In this document: in pieces, positions 42,916 to 52,551 of the stretch
Layout: every line of letters starts with the position of its first letter
How positions within the stretch are numbered: the first letter of the stretch is position 1
Virus record (IMG/VR): IMGVR_UViG_3300046656_000217
Span: 1 to 53,552 of that record
Direction: 5' to 3' (one strand)
Length of the DNA stretch: 53,552 bases
From: a virus
Lineage: Duplodnaviria > Caudoviricetes
The notes under the pieces: model-generated
What the model saw: the letters and a program-made list of their open reading frames with translations, nothing else
Told to the model about the DNA's origin: nothing
Databases searched by the model: none
Made by a program: the position numbers and the translations under genes

Positions 42916-44981
42916 TACCCGTTCGCCCCGTTGACCAGAACGCTTCCGATCTGAACCTGCTCTTCGTTCGACACTCCGCTCATGACGAGCCGCGCCGTGC
43001 GGCCCATCGCACCGGCCACCGAGCCTTCCCGCCAAGAGTTCTGCTGGACGAGCGTGTAACCGTCCACGCTGTCGAGCAAGATGTCTTGGCCCTGGTCGCC
43101 GATCTTCGCCTGCACGTCGGTCCGGAAGCCGCGGTCGATGTCCCACGCCATCTTCACCGGGTCCGAGAAGTCGGGGGCGAACCCGACCCGGGCCTTGTTT
43201 GGCACCCGGTTCGGCTGGAACTCCATCTCGACACTCCGGGCCATGTCGGCTTCACCCGGCACCCACCGCAGCCGTTGACTCGAATACGTCCAGACGATTC
43301 CGCCGAGACAATACCGCGACGTCTCGTCGGGCCGGACCCGCCACGGGGTATTGATGACCAGCCGCGTCGTCGTCCGCTCGACGACGTACGCCGACTGGCC
43401 CCGGCCCTTCCCCTCGGTGATCGACACCGGCGAGTTGACGCACCCGGCCGCGAATCGGGCGTTGGCGTCGGTGATGCTGACGTCGTCGGCCGACGTGACG
43501 CTGCCGCGGATGGTCCCGCCCTGGGGCGAGCCGTCGATCGCCGCACCGAGCGGGGCGTACACCCGACCGCCCGTCGACCCGACGTAATACTGCTCGATCC
43601 CCTCGGCCACGGTCCCCACCCGCCCGCCGATCCGCGAGAGCACGCTGGATGCCGCCCGGAACGGGAGTGATTCGGTCCAGATCTTCCCCAGCTTGTAGGC
43701 GAAGCAGATCATGTCCCGGGGAACGTAGTCGCCGGCCAAGGCCACGAACCAGCGGACAACCTCTTCGTTCGGCGAGTGGCACGCATGGAAGTACCGGCCC
43801 GCCGCCCAATTAATCTTCTTCCCGGTCCCCGGCTGGTTATTGAACATGTCCTGAATCGGCGTCGAGATGAGTTCACCCTGGTCGTCACCGCGGAAGGCGT
43901 GAATCCCACCGGTGTCCATCATGTAGCACGTCTCGTCCACGATCGCCCACGACCGGTTGTTGACGCACCCGATGCTCGCCGCCAGGAAGATCCGACCGTC
44001 GTTCGCCGGGTCGCTCCGGCAAATGAACCGGTAGAGATGCCGGGTTTTGACGATGTACAGGTAAGACCCGTAGTTGAAGGCGCCGACCACCCGGTCACCG
44101 TCCTCGGGGAGAACGAGCACATTCACCGGGTTCCACGCCTCGGGCTTGTCCGGCTCGGAGAACTGGAAGGCGTTGGCCTCGGCCGGGACGGGCCGCACCG
44201 AATACTCGCCCCACGGGTTCGACGTGCCGCCGTAGACTTCGGACAGGAAGATCTGTTGGGTCGTCTCGTTGACGCTGGTGATCGTGTAGTTCTTCGGGGC
44301 CCCGGTGACGTACAGGATGCGGCCGACGAACGTCTCCTTCCATTTCGTGTTGTACCCCTGGACGATCTGAGACCCGAGCGTGACCGAGCACGACCCCCGC
44401 TGGTACGGCTCGATGCCCAACAGGTACATTCGGTTCTGGTGCCAGATCAAGAACGGCTTGTAGGACGGTGGCACCCCGTTTTCGATCGCTGCTTGATCGA
44501 TGTCGACCGACTCCTGAGTCGAGAGATCCGGATCTGTACGAGTGCTGGTGAAGGTCGTTGAAACAATGTCGGTCGTATCGATGTCGACATAGGCGATGTT
44601 CCTCGTCTCGCCGGTAAGGGGATCGACCGACCCGACCGACCCGTTGGTATTGCGGATGATCTGACGCCCGACGACGTCGTTCATGAAGAAGGGGACCGGC
44701 ACGTTGATGTAGTCGATCTGCCCGTTCGCCGAAGCGCTGGCCGGCGCGGAGATCGGGGAGAGGTTGGAGAACTGCCCGCGGCTGTTGACGAACCGAACCC
44801 ACCCGTAGTACGTCCCGGTGATCGAGCCCGCCCCGGACGCCGACAGGTCGAGGGCCCCGACCGGGGCGACGACGCCGGCCGGCGCCGCCGTGGACGACAA
44901 GCCGTCCCAGACAAGAACCTGCTCGATGCCGTTGGCGATGAAGACGTTCCCGTCCGACGAACTCTGTGCGAACGATTCCAT
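42915..44981 (-). CDS. Tail nozzle / tubular protein B-like (beta-propeller)
   Basis: 688 aa beta-rich; 'FSEPDKPEAW', 'IGCVNNRS', 'ISTPIQD' patterns typical of P22 gp10/T7 gp12-like proteins. Confidence 0.7.
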   Translation of the reverse strand: MESFAQSSSDGNVFIANGIEQVLVWDGLSSTAAPAGVVAPVGALDLSASGAGSITGTYYGWVRFVNSRGQFSNLSPISAPASASANGQIDYINVPVPFFMNDVVGRQIIRNTNGSVGSVDPLTGETRNIAYVDIDTTDIVSTTFTSTRTDPDLSTQESVDIDQAAIENGVPPSYKPFLIWHQNRMYLLGIEPYQRGSCSVTLGSQIVQGYNTKWKETFVGRILYVTGAPKNYTITSVNETTQQIFLSEVYGGTSNPWGEYSVRPVPAEANAFQFSEPDKPEAWNPVNVLVLPEDGDRVVGAFNYGSYLYIVKTRHLYRFICRSDPANDGRIFLAASIGCVNNRSWAIVDETCYMMDTGGIHAFRGDDQGELISTPIQDMFNNQPGTGKKINWAAGRYFHACHSPNEEVVRWFVALAGDYVPRDMICFAYKLGKIWTESLPFRAASSVLSRIGGRVGTVAEGIEQYYVGSTGGRVYAPLGAAIDGSPQGGTIRGSVTSADDVSITDANARFAAGCVNSPVSITEGKGRGQSAYVVERTTTRLVINTPWRVRPDETSRYCLGGIVWTYSSQRLRWVPGEADMARSVEMEFQPNRVPNKARVGFAPDFSDPVKMAWDIDRGFRTDVQAKIGDQGQDILLDSVDGYTLVQQNSWREGSVAGAMGRTARLVMSGVSNEEQVQIGSVLVNGANG

Positions 44982-44983
44982 GC

Positions 44984-46102
44984 CTACCTCTGATACCGGT
45001 TGCCGACCAGCACGTTCGGCTCGTCGGCCAGGAACAGGTTGAGGATCGTGCCGACGTCGATGTTGTTGGCGGTGCTGTACTGTTCGACGAAGGTAACGAA
45101 CTGGTCAACGTCGATCACGTTCTGGGTCAGACTCGGGATCGACTCGACCATGTTGAGGAACTGGAAGACGTTGATGTCGTTGATCTGGGCGAACCCGCCG
45201 CCGCCCGAACTCGGGATGTCGCCGCCGGTCGCGGCCCCGGCGGTGAGGACGGTCCCCAGGACGAACGGGCTGTCCCCGATAAAGGTCTGGTCGACGACGA
45301 TGTCGTTGCCGGTGATGTAGGGCGGCGGTGCCCCGGTACCGCCTCTGGTCTTCTGCGGGATCTGCACCATCGCGATCGGGTCGTGCGTCGTCGTCCACGC
45401 CACCATCTCGGGGGCGGACAGGGCTCGGTTGAACACGGCCACCCACCACACCGATCCGTTGAGCCCGAACGTCACCCCGGCCCCGCCGCCGGTCGAGAAG
45501 CGGCCGGTCGAGGCGAACCCGGCGCTCGACGTGTTGTGGCTCGCCCCGGCCGACGTGTTGCTCGCGACTAAGACCCCGCTCTTGTAGAGCCGCATCGTCC
45601 CGGCACCGCTCGGATCGTACGAGCCCCCGAGAGTGAATTCGTTGTTGACCGATCCCGCCACGTCCCCGTCGCTGATGAACGTCCCGCCGCCGTTGCCGAC
45701 GAACCACCCGCACCCGGACGCGGCGCTAATCTGAAGCGTGCAACCATCCCCGGAAGAGACGTCGTGTGTCCCCCATAGCTGGCCGGCGGTATCGACCGAC
45801 GTCGGAAGGCAGCGGGCGATCACGGTGACCGGCCCCAGGAACTTGCCCGTCCAAGAGGTATCCCACTGGATGTAGTCGCCGTTCGACGCGGAGAAGATCG
45901 ACCCGTCGTAGCCGGTGATCGGCGAGAACGACCGGGCGAGAATCTTGGACGTGATGTCGGAACCCTTCTGGATCAGGTTCCCGGTCTCGATCGTGTCGCT
46001 GGCCTTGAGGGCGTACCGGATTAACGAGAACATCCGTAGCCCCGCCGTCCACTGATTCGTGGCGACTTGGAACGGGCGGCGGATCTGGGACGGTGCGGCC
46101 AT
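44984..46102 (-). CDS. LamG/concanavalin-domain tail protein
   Basis: 'GSYD...MRLYKSGVLVAS...NGSVWWVAVFNRALSAPEM'. Confidence 0.7.
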   Translation of the reverse strand: MAAPSQIRRPFQVATNQWTAGLRMFSLIRYALKASDTIETGNLIQKGSDITSKILARSFSPITGYDGSIFSASNGDYIQWDTSWTGKFLGPVTVIARCLPTSVDTAGQLWGTHDVSSGDGCTLQISAASGCGWFVGNGGGTFISDGDVAGSVNNEFTLGGSYDPSGAGTMRLYKSGVLVASNTSAGASHNTSSAGFASTGRFSTGGGAGVTFGLNGSVWWVAVFNRALSAPEMVAWTTTHDPIAMVQIPQKTRGGTGAPPPYITGNDIVVDQTFIGDSPFVLGTVLTAGAATGGDIPSSGGGGFAQINDINVFQFLNMVESIPSLTQNVIDVDQFVTFVEQYSTANNIDVGTILNLFLADEPNVLVGNRYQR

Positions 46103-46674
46103 TACTGGATCTCGTCGACCAGCGGGATGAAGACTTGGTTGGCTTCGACGTCGTCGCCTTCGAACGAGTCGCCGCTGTTGTTGACCAGAACGAGTTGCCC
46201 GTACCGGCTCGACGGGACGAAGTAGTTGTTCACGACGCCGTTCTGGACGCAAGCCCCGTCGTGCGTCCTGAGAGAGCCGATGAAGTCACACATGATGATG
46301 AATTCGCCGAGCGTCACCCCTCCCAAGGCCCCGTCGGGCGCCGCCCCGTCCACGCCTGAATTGCCGGCCACGTTGCCGTTGGCGGCGGTCACGCTCGTCG
46401 AGGGGGCCCAATAGTAGTCAATGTGGCCGGACGCGCCGGGCGTTTCGCCCGTGAAGTCGACGCACCCGAGCACCCGGAACCCGGCGGCGAACGTCGCCCC
46501 GAGATCCGCCTTGTCCGATTGCCGGCCGGCGGCGTCCGCGACGGATGCGAGCGTGATGAGCACGTTCGTCGGCGAACCGATCGTCCAGTCCGTCGCCGGG
46601 TCGGCCGGGCTGAACGAGCCCGAGACACAGAACCGGAGTTCCGTCCCGAGTTTGCGAAGGATTTCATTGGCCAC
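46102..46674 (-). CDS. Virion structural protein
   Basis: Coupled ORF in tail operon. Confidence 0.55.
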   Translation of the reverse strand: MANEILRKLGTELRFCVSGSFSPADPATDWTIGSPTNVLITLASVADAAGRQSDKADLGATFAAGFRVLGCVDFTGETPGASGHIDYYWAPSTSVTAANGNVAGNSGVDGAAPDGALGGVTLGEFIIMCDFIGSLRTHDGACVQNGVVNNYFVPSSRYGQLVLVNNSGDSFEGDDVEANQVFIPLVDEIQ

Positions 46675-46678
46675 GGCG

Positions 46679-47179
46679 TTACTCCCTAATGGTCAGAATG
46701 TACGTTCCGGAGATCACGTCCAAGTTGGCGACCGCCAGGCCCGCCGGCATGACCGCCGTACAGTAGAGCAAGCCGGTCGGACTCACCGACCCCTTGGTCA
46801 CAAGCGAAGCCAGGAACGCCCCCCGGATGCTGCCGCCCGCGTTCATCACCCAGCTAAACGGTCCCGGGGTCGACATGATGCCGCCCGTCGCCGGGCCGGG
46901 GATCCAAGTCGGTCGATTCCCGACGTAGTTCGTCCACTCGTTCCAGCCGCCGTGCGCCGCGTGCGTGTCCGCGGTCAAGACCCCGGTGTAACCCGATTGA
47001 GAAATCACCCCGACGTAGTAGAGCGTCGGGGCTTGCCCGCGGAAGGCGGTTTCGAGGATCCCGTTGCACCCCTGGGTCGTCACCCCGTTCGAGATCGTCA
47101 CGCGCCACTTCTGCTTACCGGCCGGCGAGCGACAGGTCAGTTCGAACCAGCCGCCGACACCGAGCCGGTTGTGGGTCAT
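46679..47179 (-). CDS. Tail structural protein (paralog of 47179-47736)
   Basis: 'VGGWF...ADTHAAHGGWNEWTNY...RPTW'. Confidence 0.65.
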   Translation of the reverse strand: MTHNRLGVGGWFELTCRSPAGKQKWRVTISNGVTTQGCNGILETAFRGQAPTLYYVGVISQSGYTGVLTADTHAAHGGWNEWTNYVGNRPTWIPGPATGGIMSTPGPFSWVMNAGGSIRGAFLASLVTKGSVSPTGLLYCTAVMPAGLAVANLDVISGTYILTIRE

Positions 47180-47736
47180 TAGCTGCTCGGTGTGAGGGTG
47201 ATCCCGTAGATGCCCGAAAGCGTCGACCCGTTGGTCACCGACCGGGTCTGAAGGGCCGTCGCCCACAACGTCCCGACGTTACCCGGGCTCTTGTTGGCGG
47301 TGTCCGTGACGAGCGTACCCGCCAAGGTGGCGTCGGCACTGATCGCGTAGGTGAACACCGTCGAGTTCACCATCACCCCGCTCGCGGCAGCCGTCGGCGT
47401 CCACGTCGGCCGGGTCGTGCCGGTGTAGGACGTGAACTCGGCCCAACCGCCGTGCGACGCCATCGTGTCGTTGACCGACACCCCGGAGAACGCCGTGCTG
47501 TTGATGAGCCCGATCTTCCAACTGGTGATCGGCGTGCCCGAGTTGAACATCACTTCGAGCATGTAGTTCAACCCGACGTACGTCGCCGTGTTGTTGAAGA
47601 ACTGCTCGTTGATCCGCTCGCCGTTGGGGCCGTCCTCCCACCACCGGAACCAGCCGCCGACGCGCATCCGCGTCCGGCCGTTCTTCTTGCCGAGCAATTC
47701 CCAAAGCCGCTGAATGATCCGTTCACGGGGGCTCAT
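47179..47736 (-). CDS. Tail structural protein
   Basis: 'VGGWF...NDTMASHGGWAEFTSY...RPTW'. Confidence 0.65.
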   Translation of the reverse strand: MSPRERIIQRLWELLGKKNGRTRMRVGGWFRWWEDGPNGERINEQFFNNTATYVGLNYMLEVMFNSGTPITSWKIGLINSTAFSGVSVNDTMASHGGWAEFTSYTGTTRPTWTPTAAASGVMVNSTVFTYAISADATLAGTLVTDTANKSPGNVGTLWATALQTRSVTNGSTLSGIYGITLTPSS

Positions 47737-47738
47737 AG

Positions 47739-48137
47739 CTACCTCGGGTTCTTGCGACGGCTGATCGTGCCGGCGTCGGTACTGGTGAGAAGGTAACGGG
47801 CGTCCGGACGGGCGACCGCGAACATCGAAATGATCGTCCCGGCCGGCTTCCCGCCGCCGACGAGTTCGAACGAGCCGGCGATGAGTTGGGGGTCGCCGTC
47901 CTGATCCGTCCACCGGACGAACACGAAATGCCGGCCCGCGTTCGGGTAGAGCGTTCCAAGGAACTCGACGTACCGGAAGACGCCGTGAGTCACGGTCGGC
48001 TGGTAGGACGCCATCAAGGCGGACAGGAGTTTGACCGGCGGGGTGCCGTCCCGGAAGATCTCGATGCGGGGACGGAGATCGGGCCAGTCCGGCACGTACG
48101 CACTGTTCGACGTGCGAATCGTGACGTTGAGATTCAT
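47739..48137 (-). CDS. Hypothetical virion protein (start uncertain)
   Basis: ORF in tail operon. Confidence 0.5.
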   Translation of the reverse strand: MNLNVTIRTSNSAYVPDWPDLRPRIEIFRDGTPPVKLLSALMASYQPTVTHGVFRYVEFLGTLYPNAGRHFVFVRWTDQDGDPQLIAGSFELVGGGKPAGTIISMFAVARPDARYLLTSTDAGTISRRKNPR

Positions 48138-48205
48138 CCCTTGCTGGAACCGGCCACAATACACGACGGACTCCGGGTCCGTCGTTGGCGCGTCGGTGGC
48201 TGATT

Positions 48206-48739
48206 CTATCCGACGATGAACTGGAAGGTCTGCTTGTGGACCACTGAGGATTCGGCCCACGTCACGTCGGCGGTGTAATTCTGGCCGCTTTCGAGCGCCG
48301 CGACAAGGTTCGGCACGGTCGCGAGCGTCAGATCCAGCAAGTACAACCCGGCCGTCATCCACGTACCGCCGCCGCTATAGGCCCCGTTCCCGTTGGCGTC
48401 GAGTTCGGCGGTCGTCACGGTCAGGACGTCGATGATGTGCAACCCGTTGGCGTTCGTGTTGCCGCCGACACCGGCGATCTGAATGGCCGTTCCGTCCGAA
48501 AGGGTGGTGTCCGCGTTGAAGGTCACCACGATCGGCGACGTGTTCGTCGCCCCGGTGAGCGTCCCGGATTCGAACGGGGCGAGCGTGACGTCCCCCGTGT
48601 TGACTAGACCCTCTTGCCCGTAGATCCGGCAGACCGGGTTGTCGTCGGGATTCGCCGGAAGGCCGGTCGAAAGGTTGACGAGACCCAGGGCGAACCGGGT
48701 ACCCGCCCCGACCGGCAGGTAACCCAAGAAGTCATTCAT
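48206..48739 (-). CDS. Virion structural protein
   Basis: 'TGATNTSPIVVT...I.I.GV.GNTNANG' beta-barrel module seen in tail proteins. Confidence 0.6.
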   Translation of the reverse strand: MNDFLGYLPVGAGTRFALGLVNLSTGLPANPDDNPVCRIYGQEGLVNTGDVTLAPFESGTLTGATNTSPIVVTFNADTTLSDGTAIQIAGVGGNTNANGLHIIDVLTVTTAELDANGNGAYSGGGTWMTAGLYLLDLTLATVPNLVAALESGQNYTADVTWAESSVVHKQTFQFIVG

Positions 48740-48740
48740 C

Positions 48741-50558
48741 TCATTCCCTCGGGAACTTGGTCGAGTATAGCGTGTAGGCGTCCGCCGTGTAGCGGGCGAC
48801 GCCGATGGTCACCCGCAAGTCGTCCGTCGATCCCTTGGGGCCCTTCATCGCTTCGTTCGATCCGATCCCCACCGGTGCGGTCCCGTCGAACGCCGTCGCC
48901 AAGGAGAACGTGGTCGGCTGCCGCTCGCCCATGAGGTAGAGGGCCCACGTCGAGCCCTCTTTCACGATCGCCAAATGCCGGGGGGCCCCGTTGTAATAGC
49001 ACAGGGTCTCGTTCGACCCGATCGTCGTCTGGGCGAAGGTCACCGCCGTACCGTCGGCACTCGCGTTGATGAAGAAGTTGCCGAACCCGTCCGTCGACAA
49101 AGCCCACTCCCGGTTGTTCGTGCTTTCTTCCCATTTGACAATGTGCCAGATCGACCCCGGGTTGACCCCGATCCCGGCGAACCAGACTTCGGCGGTCATG
49201 TCCCCGCTGCCGACGGTCAGACTCGGGGCGTCCGCCGCGGTGAGGTAGTCCATCTTGAAGGCGACGAACAAAGCCCCCTCGGTCGCGTTGACGGGATCGC
49301 CCATCGTCACCCCGCCGTTCGTCAAGGCTCGGGCGGCGTTGCTCTCGTCCACGATCGACCCGTCGGCCCCGATCAGGAGTTGCACGTCGGTCCAATTCGG
49401 ATCCGGGCCGGCTGCCAGGTCGAGGTACGGGAAGTCGCGGGGCATCCCGTAGATCAGCCCCCGGGCGTCGAGCATGATGCAGTAAAGAGACTTCGACCCC
49501 ATCGTCGCGACGACGCACTCGACGCCGGACGGCGACTCCCAGATCACCGCACACGCACCGGACGTAATCGACGTGAACCCCGGGGCCCAATACCCCTGCT
49601 TGCCGGCGAGCACGCCCGTGTCGCGGATCCCGGCGGGGGCGGCGATCGGCATGTTCGCCCACCAACTGAAGTTGGACATGGTGATGGTCCGCGGGTTCAA
49701 CCCGGTGACCGGCACGCCGACCGACGAGTCGGACTGGATCGTCCGAAGGGCGGCACTCGCGTAGGCGGCGACGCACACCGTTGCGAGATCCCGCGTCGAC
49801 ATGATGTTCCAACTGGTGTCGTACGGCGGCGTCGTCGGGGTGAAGCTGCCGCCGAACGGATCGACGAAGGTCGAGTTGGTCATGCCGAGAATGGTCGCTT
49901 CGGTGTTCATGGTGGCGACGAACGCGGCCATGCCGCCGGCACCCGCCCCGTCGCTCCCGATCACCCGGGCGATCGCCTGGGCGGCGTCGAACCCGCTTGC
50001 GATCAGCAACCCTTGGAGCAACCCCCGCCACGTCACGATGTCGCCGGCCTGGAACCCGGCGGACGTCGAACCGCCGCCGAACGGATCCGTGACGTCCGCC
50101 GTGGTGATCGTCACCGTCTCGGTGTCGAGCACGCCGCTCTTGTACCCGATCGCCAAGTGGGCCGTCATCAACTTCACGGTCGAGGCCGGGAAGTCGTTCG
50201 GGGTGTCCGAGTCGAGGTCGTACAACTCGTAGTCGTTGTCCGTGTCCCGCGCGTAGCCGAACGCCTGCTGACCGCCGGGGATCCCGATCGGAAAGTCAGT
50301 CACGGGTGTCGGAGCGGGGGGTGGGACCGGCGGGACGGGAGGTACGGGAGGGGGCGGCGGACTTGGAGGTTCTTCCTCCTCGTCGAACCGGACGGGTTGA
50401 AGGCCGGGGCGCGTCGCAAGCTCGCCGGGTTTCGTCGCCTGCACGTTGTTCTGGACTTCGGCCGTGCCGGCGGGGCGTCCGCCGGTCGACGGGCCCGAGT
50501 TGGTGTACAACCCGGGCCAGTCGTCGATCGCCGCTACGCCCTTGGGATCTGGTTTCAC
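48741..50558 (-). CDS. Tail-associated protein: short N-terminal module, Pro linker, D-Ala-D-Ala carboxypeptidase (S11)-like domain, LamG domain
   Basis: 'PASTVKLMTA' (SxxK), 'IASGFDAA', 'FVATMNTEATILGMTNSTFVDP', 'GKQGY'; C-terminal 'DDLRVTIGVARYT'. Confidence 0.8.
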   Translation of the reverse strand: MKPDPKGVAAIDDWPGLYTNSGPSTGGRPAGTAEVQNNVQATKPGELATRPGLQPVRFDEEEEPPSPPPPPVPPVPPVPPPAPTPVTDFPIGIPGGQQAFGYARDTDNDYELYDLDSDTPNDFPASTVKLMTAHLAIGYKSGVLDTETVTITTADVTDPFGGGSTSAGFQAGDIVTWRGLLQGLLIASGFDAAQAIARVIGSDGAGAGGMAAFVATMNTEATILGMTNSTFVDPFGGSFTPTTPPYDTSWNIMSTRDLATVCVAAYASAALRTIQSDSSVGVPVTGLNPRTITMSNFSWWANMPIAAPAGIRDTGVLAGKQGYWAPGFTSITSGACAVIWESPSGVECVVATMGSKSLYCIMLDARGLIYGMPRDFPYLDLAAGPDPNWTDVQLLIGADGSIVDESNAARALTNGGVTMGDPVNATEGALFVAFKMDYLTAADAPSLTVGSGDMTAEVWFAGIGVNPGSIWHIVKWEESTNNREWALSTDGFGNFFINASADGTAVTFAQTTIGSNETLCYYNGAPRHLAIVKEGSTWALYLMGERQPTTFSLATAFDGTAPVGIGSNEAMKGPKGSTDDLRVTIGVARYTADAYTLYSTKFPRE

Positions 50559-50758
50559 TTCGGGGGTCTCTCGTACACGTTATAGCGGATCCACCCGTCC
50601 TCCTGCACCGGTTCGACGACCACGATCGTCTGGTCCCCGATCTTGTGTTCGCCCGGCTTCATGATGTCGGTGATCTGGCCGGCGAACTGGTTCCGCTCCT
50701 TCTGGCCCATCGCGTGAAAGTGACTGTAGAGAAGGTCGGAAAGGGCCTGGTTAATCAT
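50555..50758 (-). CDS. Small hypothetical protein
   Basis: GAGG SD; coupled. Confidence 0.45.
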   Translation of the reverse strand: MINQALSDLLYSHFHAMGQKERNQFAGQITDIMKPGEHKIGDQTIVVVEPVQEDGWIRYNVYERPPK

Positions 50759-50765
50759 CGCGTCC

Positions 50766-51938
50766 TCAACTGGTGGAGTACGGGAGAGAGGGAACGTCGA
50801 AGATGGTCAAGAGCGGACGCCACGGGGAACACGCCTTGTACCCGGCGTACCGGTCGTCGGCGTCCTTGGCCTGGTTGAGACACCGTTGCCAGTCCGCGGC
50901 CTCCCCGGCGATCGCCGGCACCCGGGCCATCGTCCGGTACTGCCGCTGGCACTCCCGGAACACGTACTCGCGGGTGGCGTTGGGCTCGACGTCCAAGAGG
51001 GAGGAGATCACGTACTTCCCGCGGTTGACCGATACCGTGGGGGCGGTCTGAAGGACGAGCGTCGTCCCGTCGGTGACCGAATCGATCACCCCCTCGAAGT
51101 AGGGGGGATTGTCGCCTTCGATGCCGGTCGGGAGGGCCGTGTTGCCCCCCTTGCTCACCCGCAGCACCGTCCCGGCCATTCCCGATTCGAACGCGGTCCC
51201 GTTGCCGTTGACCGTCGAGTTCCCGGAAACGATCGTCACGTCGCCGTCGACCACCTTCCGGTACTGCGGTTTGACGAGATCCGCCTTGTAGCTGAACAGG
51301 ATCGAATATTCGCCGTTCGGGGCCGGGTAGAACCGCGCCGCCTGCCGCTGCGGGACGGTCAGATCTTGGGTGACCGTGAAGATGAACGGGTAGCTCTGAT
51401 TCAGGTAGTAGTCCCGGCCGTACGCCCATTGCGCGATCGGGACGTATTCGAGTTTCTGGCCCGACGGCTGGACGATCGCGTTGAACGCCTCGAAGTAGTC
51501 GGGCGGAAGCGGGTAGAGATCCCGCGGCATCTGGTACGCCTGCGGGTCGGTGATGTCGGCCCCGGGGTTGTTGAACTCGGCGAGTTGAATGACCGACGTC
51601 GAGAACCACTTCTGGACTTGGTACGTCTTCATGGCGATCTGGACGTACCCGTACGCGGCCCACGTCGGGAAGGATCCGCCGGTCAAGGTGATCTGCCGCT
51701 CGCACGTCGCCCCGCCGGTGTGGTCGTACGTGACGGTCCCGGTCGAGTATCCGGTGTTCGTCGGGATCGAAAACATCCGCTTGTAGAACGACCAATCGTG
51801 CATCCGCACGATCCCCAGGTACGCGGCAACCGCCGCCCGGTTCGCGTTCTGGGTGTTCTGCGTGTTCGGATTCTGGCCCGAGTACGCAATGATCGAGTCG
51901 ACCAGATCGCAGTAAGCCATCAGGGAATTTGCGGGCAC
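50766..51938 (-). CDS. Head-tail adaptor / tail tubular protein A-like
   Basis: 'HDWSF', 'YPLPPDY', 'FYPAPNGEY' patterns; position downstream of portal. Confidence 0.65.
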   Translation of the reverse strand: MPANSLMAYCDLVDSIIAYSGQNPNTQNTQNANRAAVAAYLGIVRMHDWSFYKRMFSIPTNTGYSTGTVTYDHTGGATCERQITLTGGSFPTWAAYGYVQIAMKTYQVQKWFSTSVIQLAEFNNPGADITDPQAYQMPRDLYPLPPDYFEAFNAIVQPSGQKLEYVPIAQWAYGRDYYLNQSYPFIFTVTQDLTVPQRQAARFYPAPNGEYSILFSYKADLVKPQYRKVVDGDVTIVSGNSTVNGNGTAFESGMAGTVLRVSKGGNTALPTGIEGDNPPYFEGVIDSVTDGTTLVLQTAPTVSVNRGKYVISSLLDVEPNATREYVFRECQRQYRTMARVPAIAGEAADWQRCLNQAKDADDRYAGYKACSPWRPLLTIFDVPSLPYSTS

Positions 51939-51957
51939 GGTTCGTCCTCGGGATAGT

Positions 51958-51978
51958 TTGCTCTCACTTTGATAGCAA
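51958..51978. promoter_or_regulatory. Palindromic site 5, TTGCTCTCA-CTT-TGATAGCAA
   Basis: Overlaps stop codon of FmdB-like gene, just upstream of adaptor gene. Confidence 0.75.
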
Positions 51979-52542
51979 ACGGCGTTTGGCCTTGATGATC
52001 CGCTTCCCGTTCCGTGGCGCGTGCGCGTTGACGACGTCCTCGACCACCCGCGAGACCTTCTGCCCCGGGTCGACGACCATCCGTTCGTGGACGAGTTCCC
52101 GGACGTTCTTCGCCGAGATCCCGGCCTTCGGGGTGTCGGTGTTGACGTCGCCCTTGGCCTTCACGTTCACCTTCCCCTTGATCCCGAGATTGCGGTGCTC
52201 GGCCACCTGGCGGACGTCGGAGTCTGACCCGACCCACGCCTTCGGATCGCCGGGGAAGCTGGCCAACTGCGGGTCGTACACCTTGCCCGTGACGTTGACG
52301 CCGTGCTTCTTGGCTTGGGCGAGATGGAATTCCCTCATCGCCTCGGACTTGAACTGTCGGCCGAAGTCGGTGGCTTCGGAGTTGTAGACGGTGCAGTCCG
52401 ACACACAGGCCGGTGGAAGAAACCTCCGCGGCGAGTGGATCCCGCAGTCCGGGCAGGTCTGGGGCAGCGCGGCCCCGGCCATCGGCGCCATCTTCTCGAA
52501 GACGACGTCGCACCGGGGGCATTCGTAGGCGTACAGCGGCAT
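51964..52542 (-). CDS. FmdB-family zinc-ribbon protein
   Basis: 'MPLYAYECPRC...FE...CPDCG'; commonly follows portal genes. Confidence 0.75.
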   Translation of the reverse strand: MPLYAYECPRCDVVFEKMAPMAGAALPQTCPDCGIHSPRRFLPPACVSDCTVYNSEATDFGRQFKSEAMREFHLAQAKKHGVNVTGKVYDPQLASFPGDPKAWVGSDSDVRQVAEHRNLGIKGKVNVKAKGDVNTDTPKAGISAKNVRELVHERMVVDPGQKVSRVVEDVVNAHAPRNGKRIIKAKRRLLSK

Positions 52543-52551
52543 GTCGATCTC

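Noticed and set aside
44984-50558. Diversity-generating retroelement acting on tail proteins
   Set aside because: No reverse transcriptase and no template/variable repeat pair seen.
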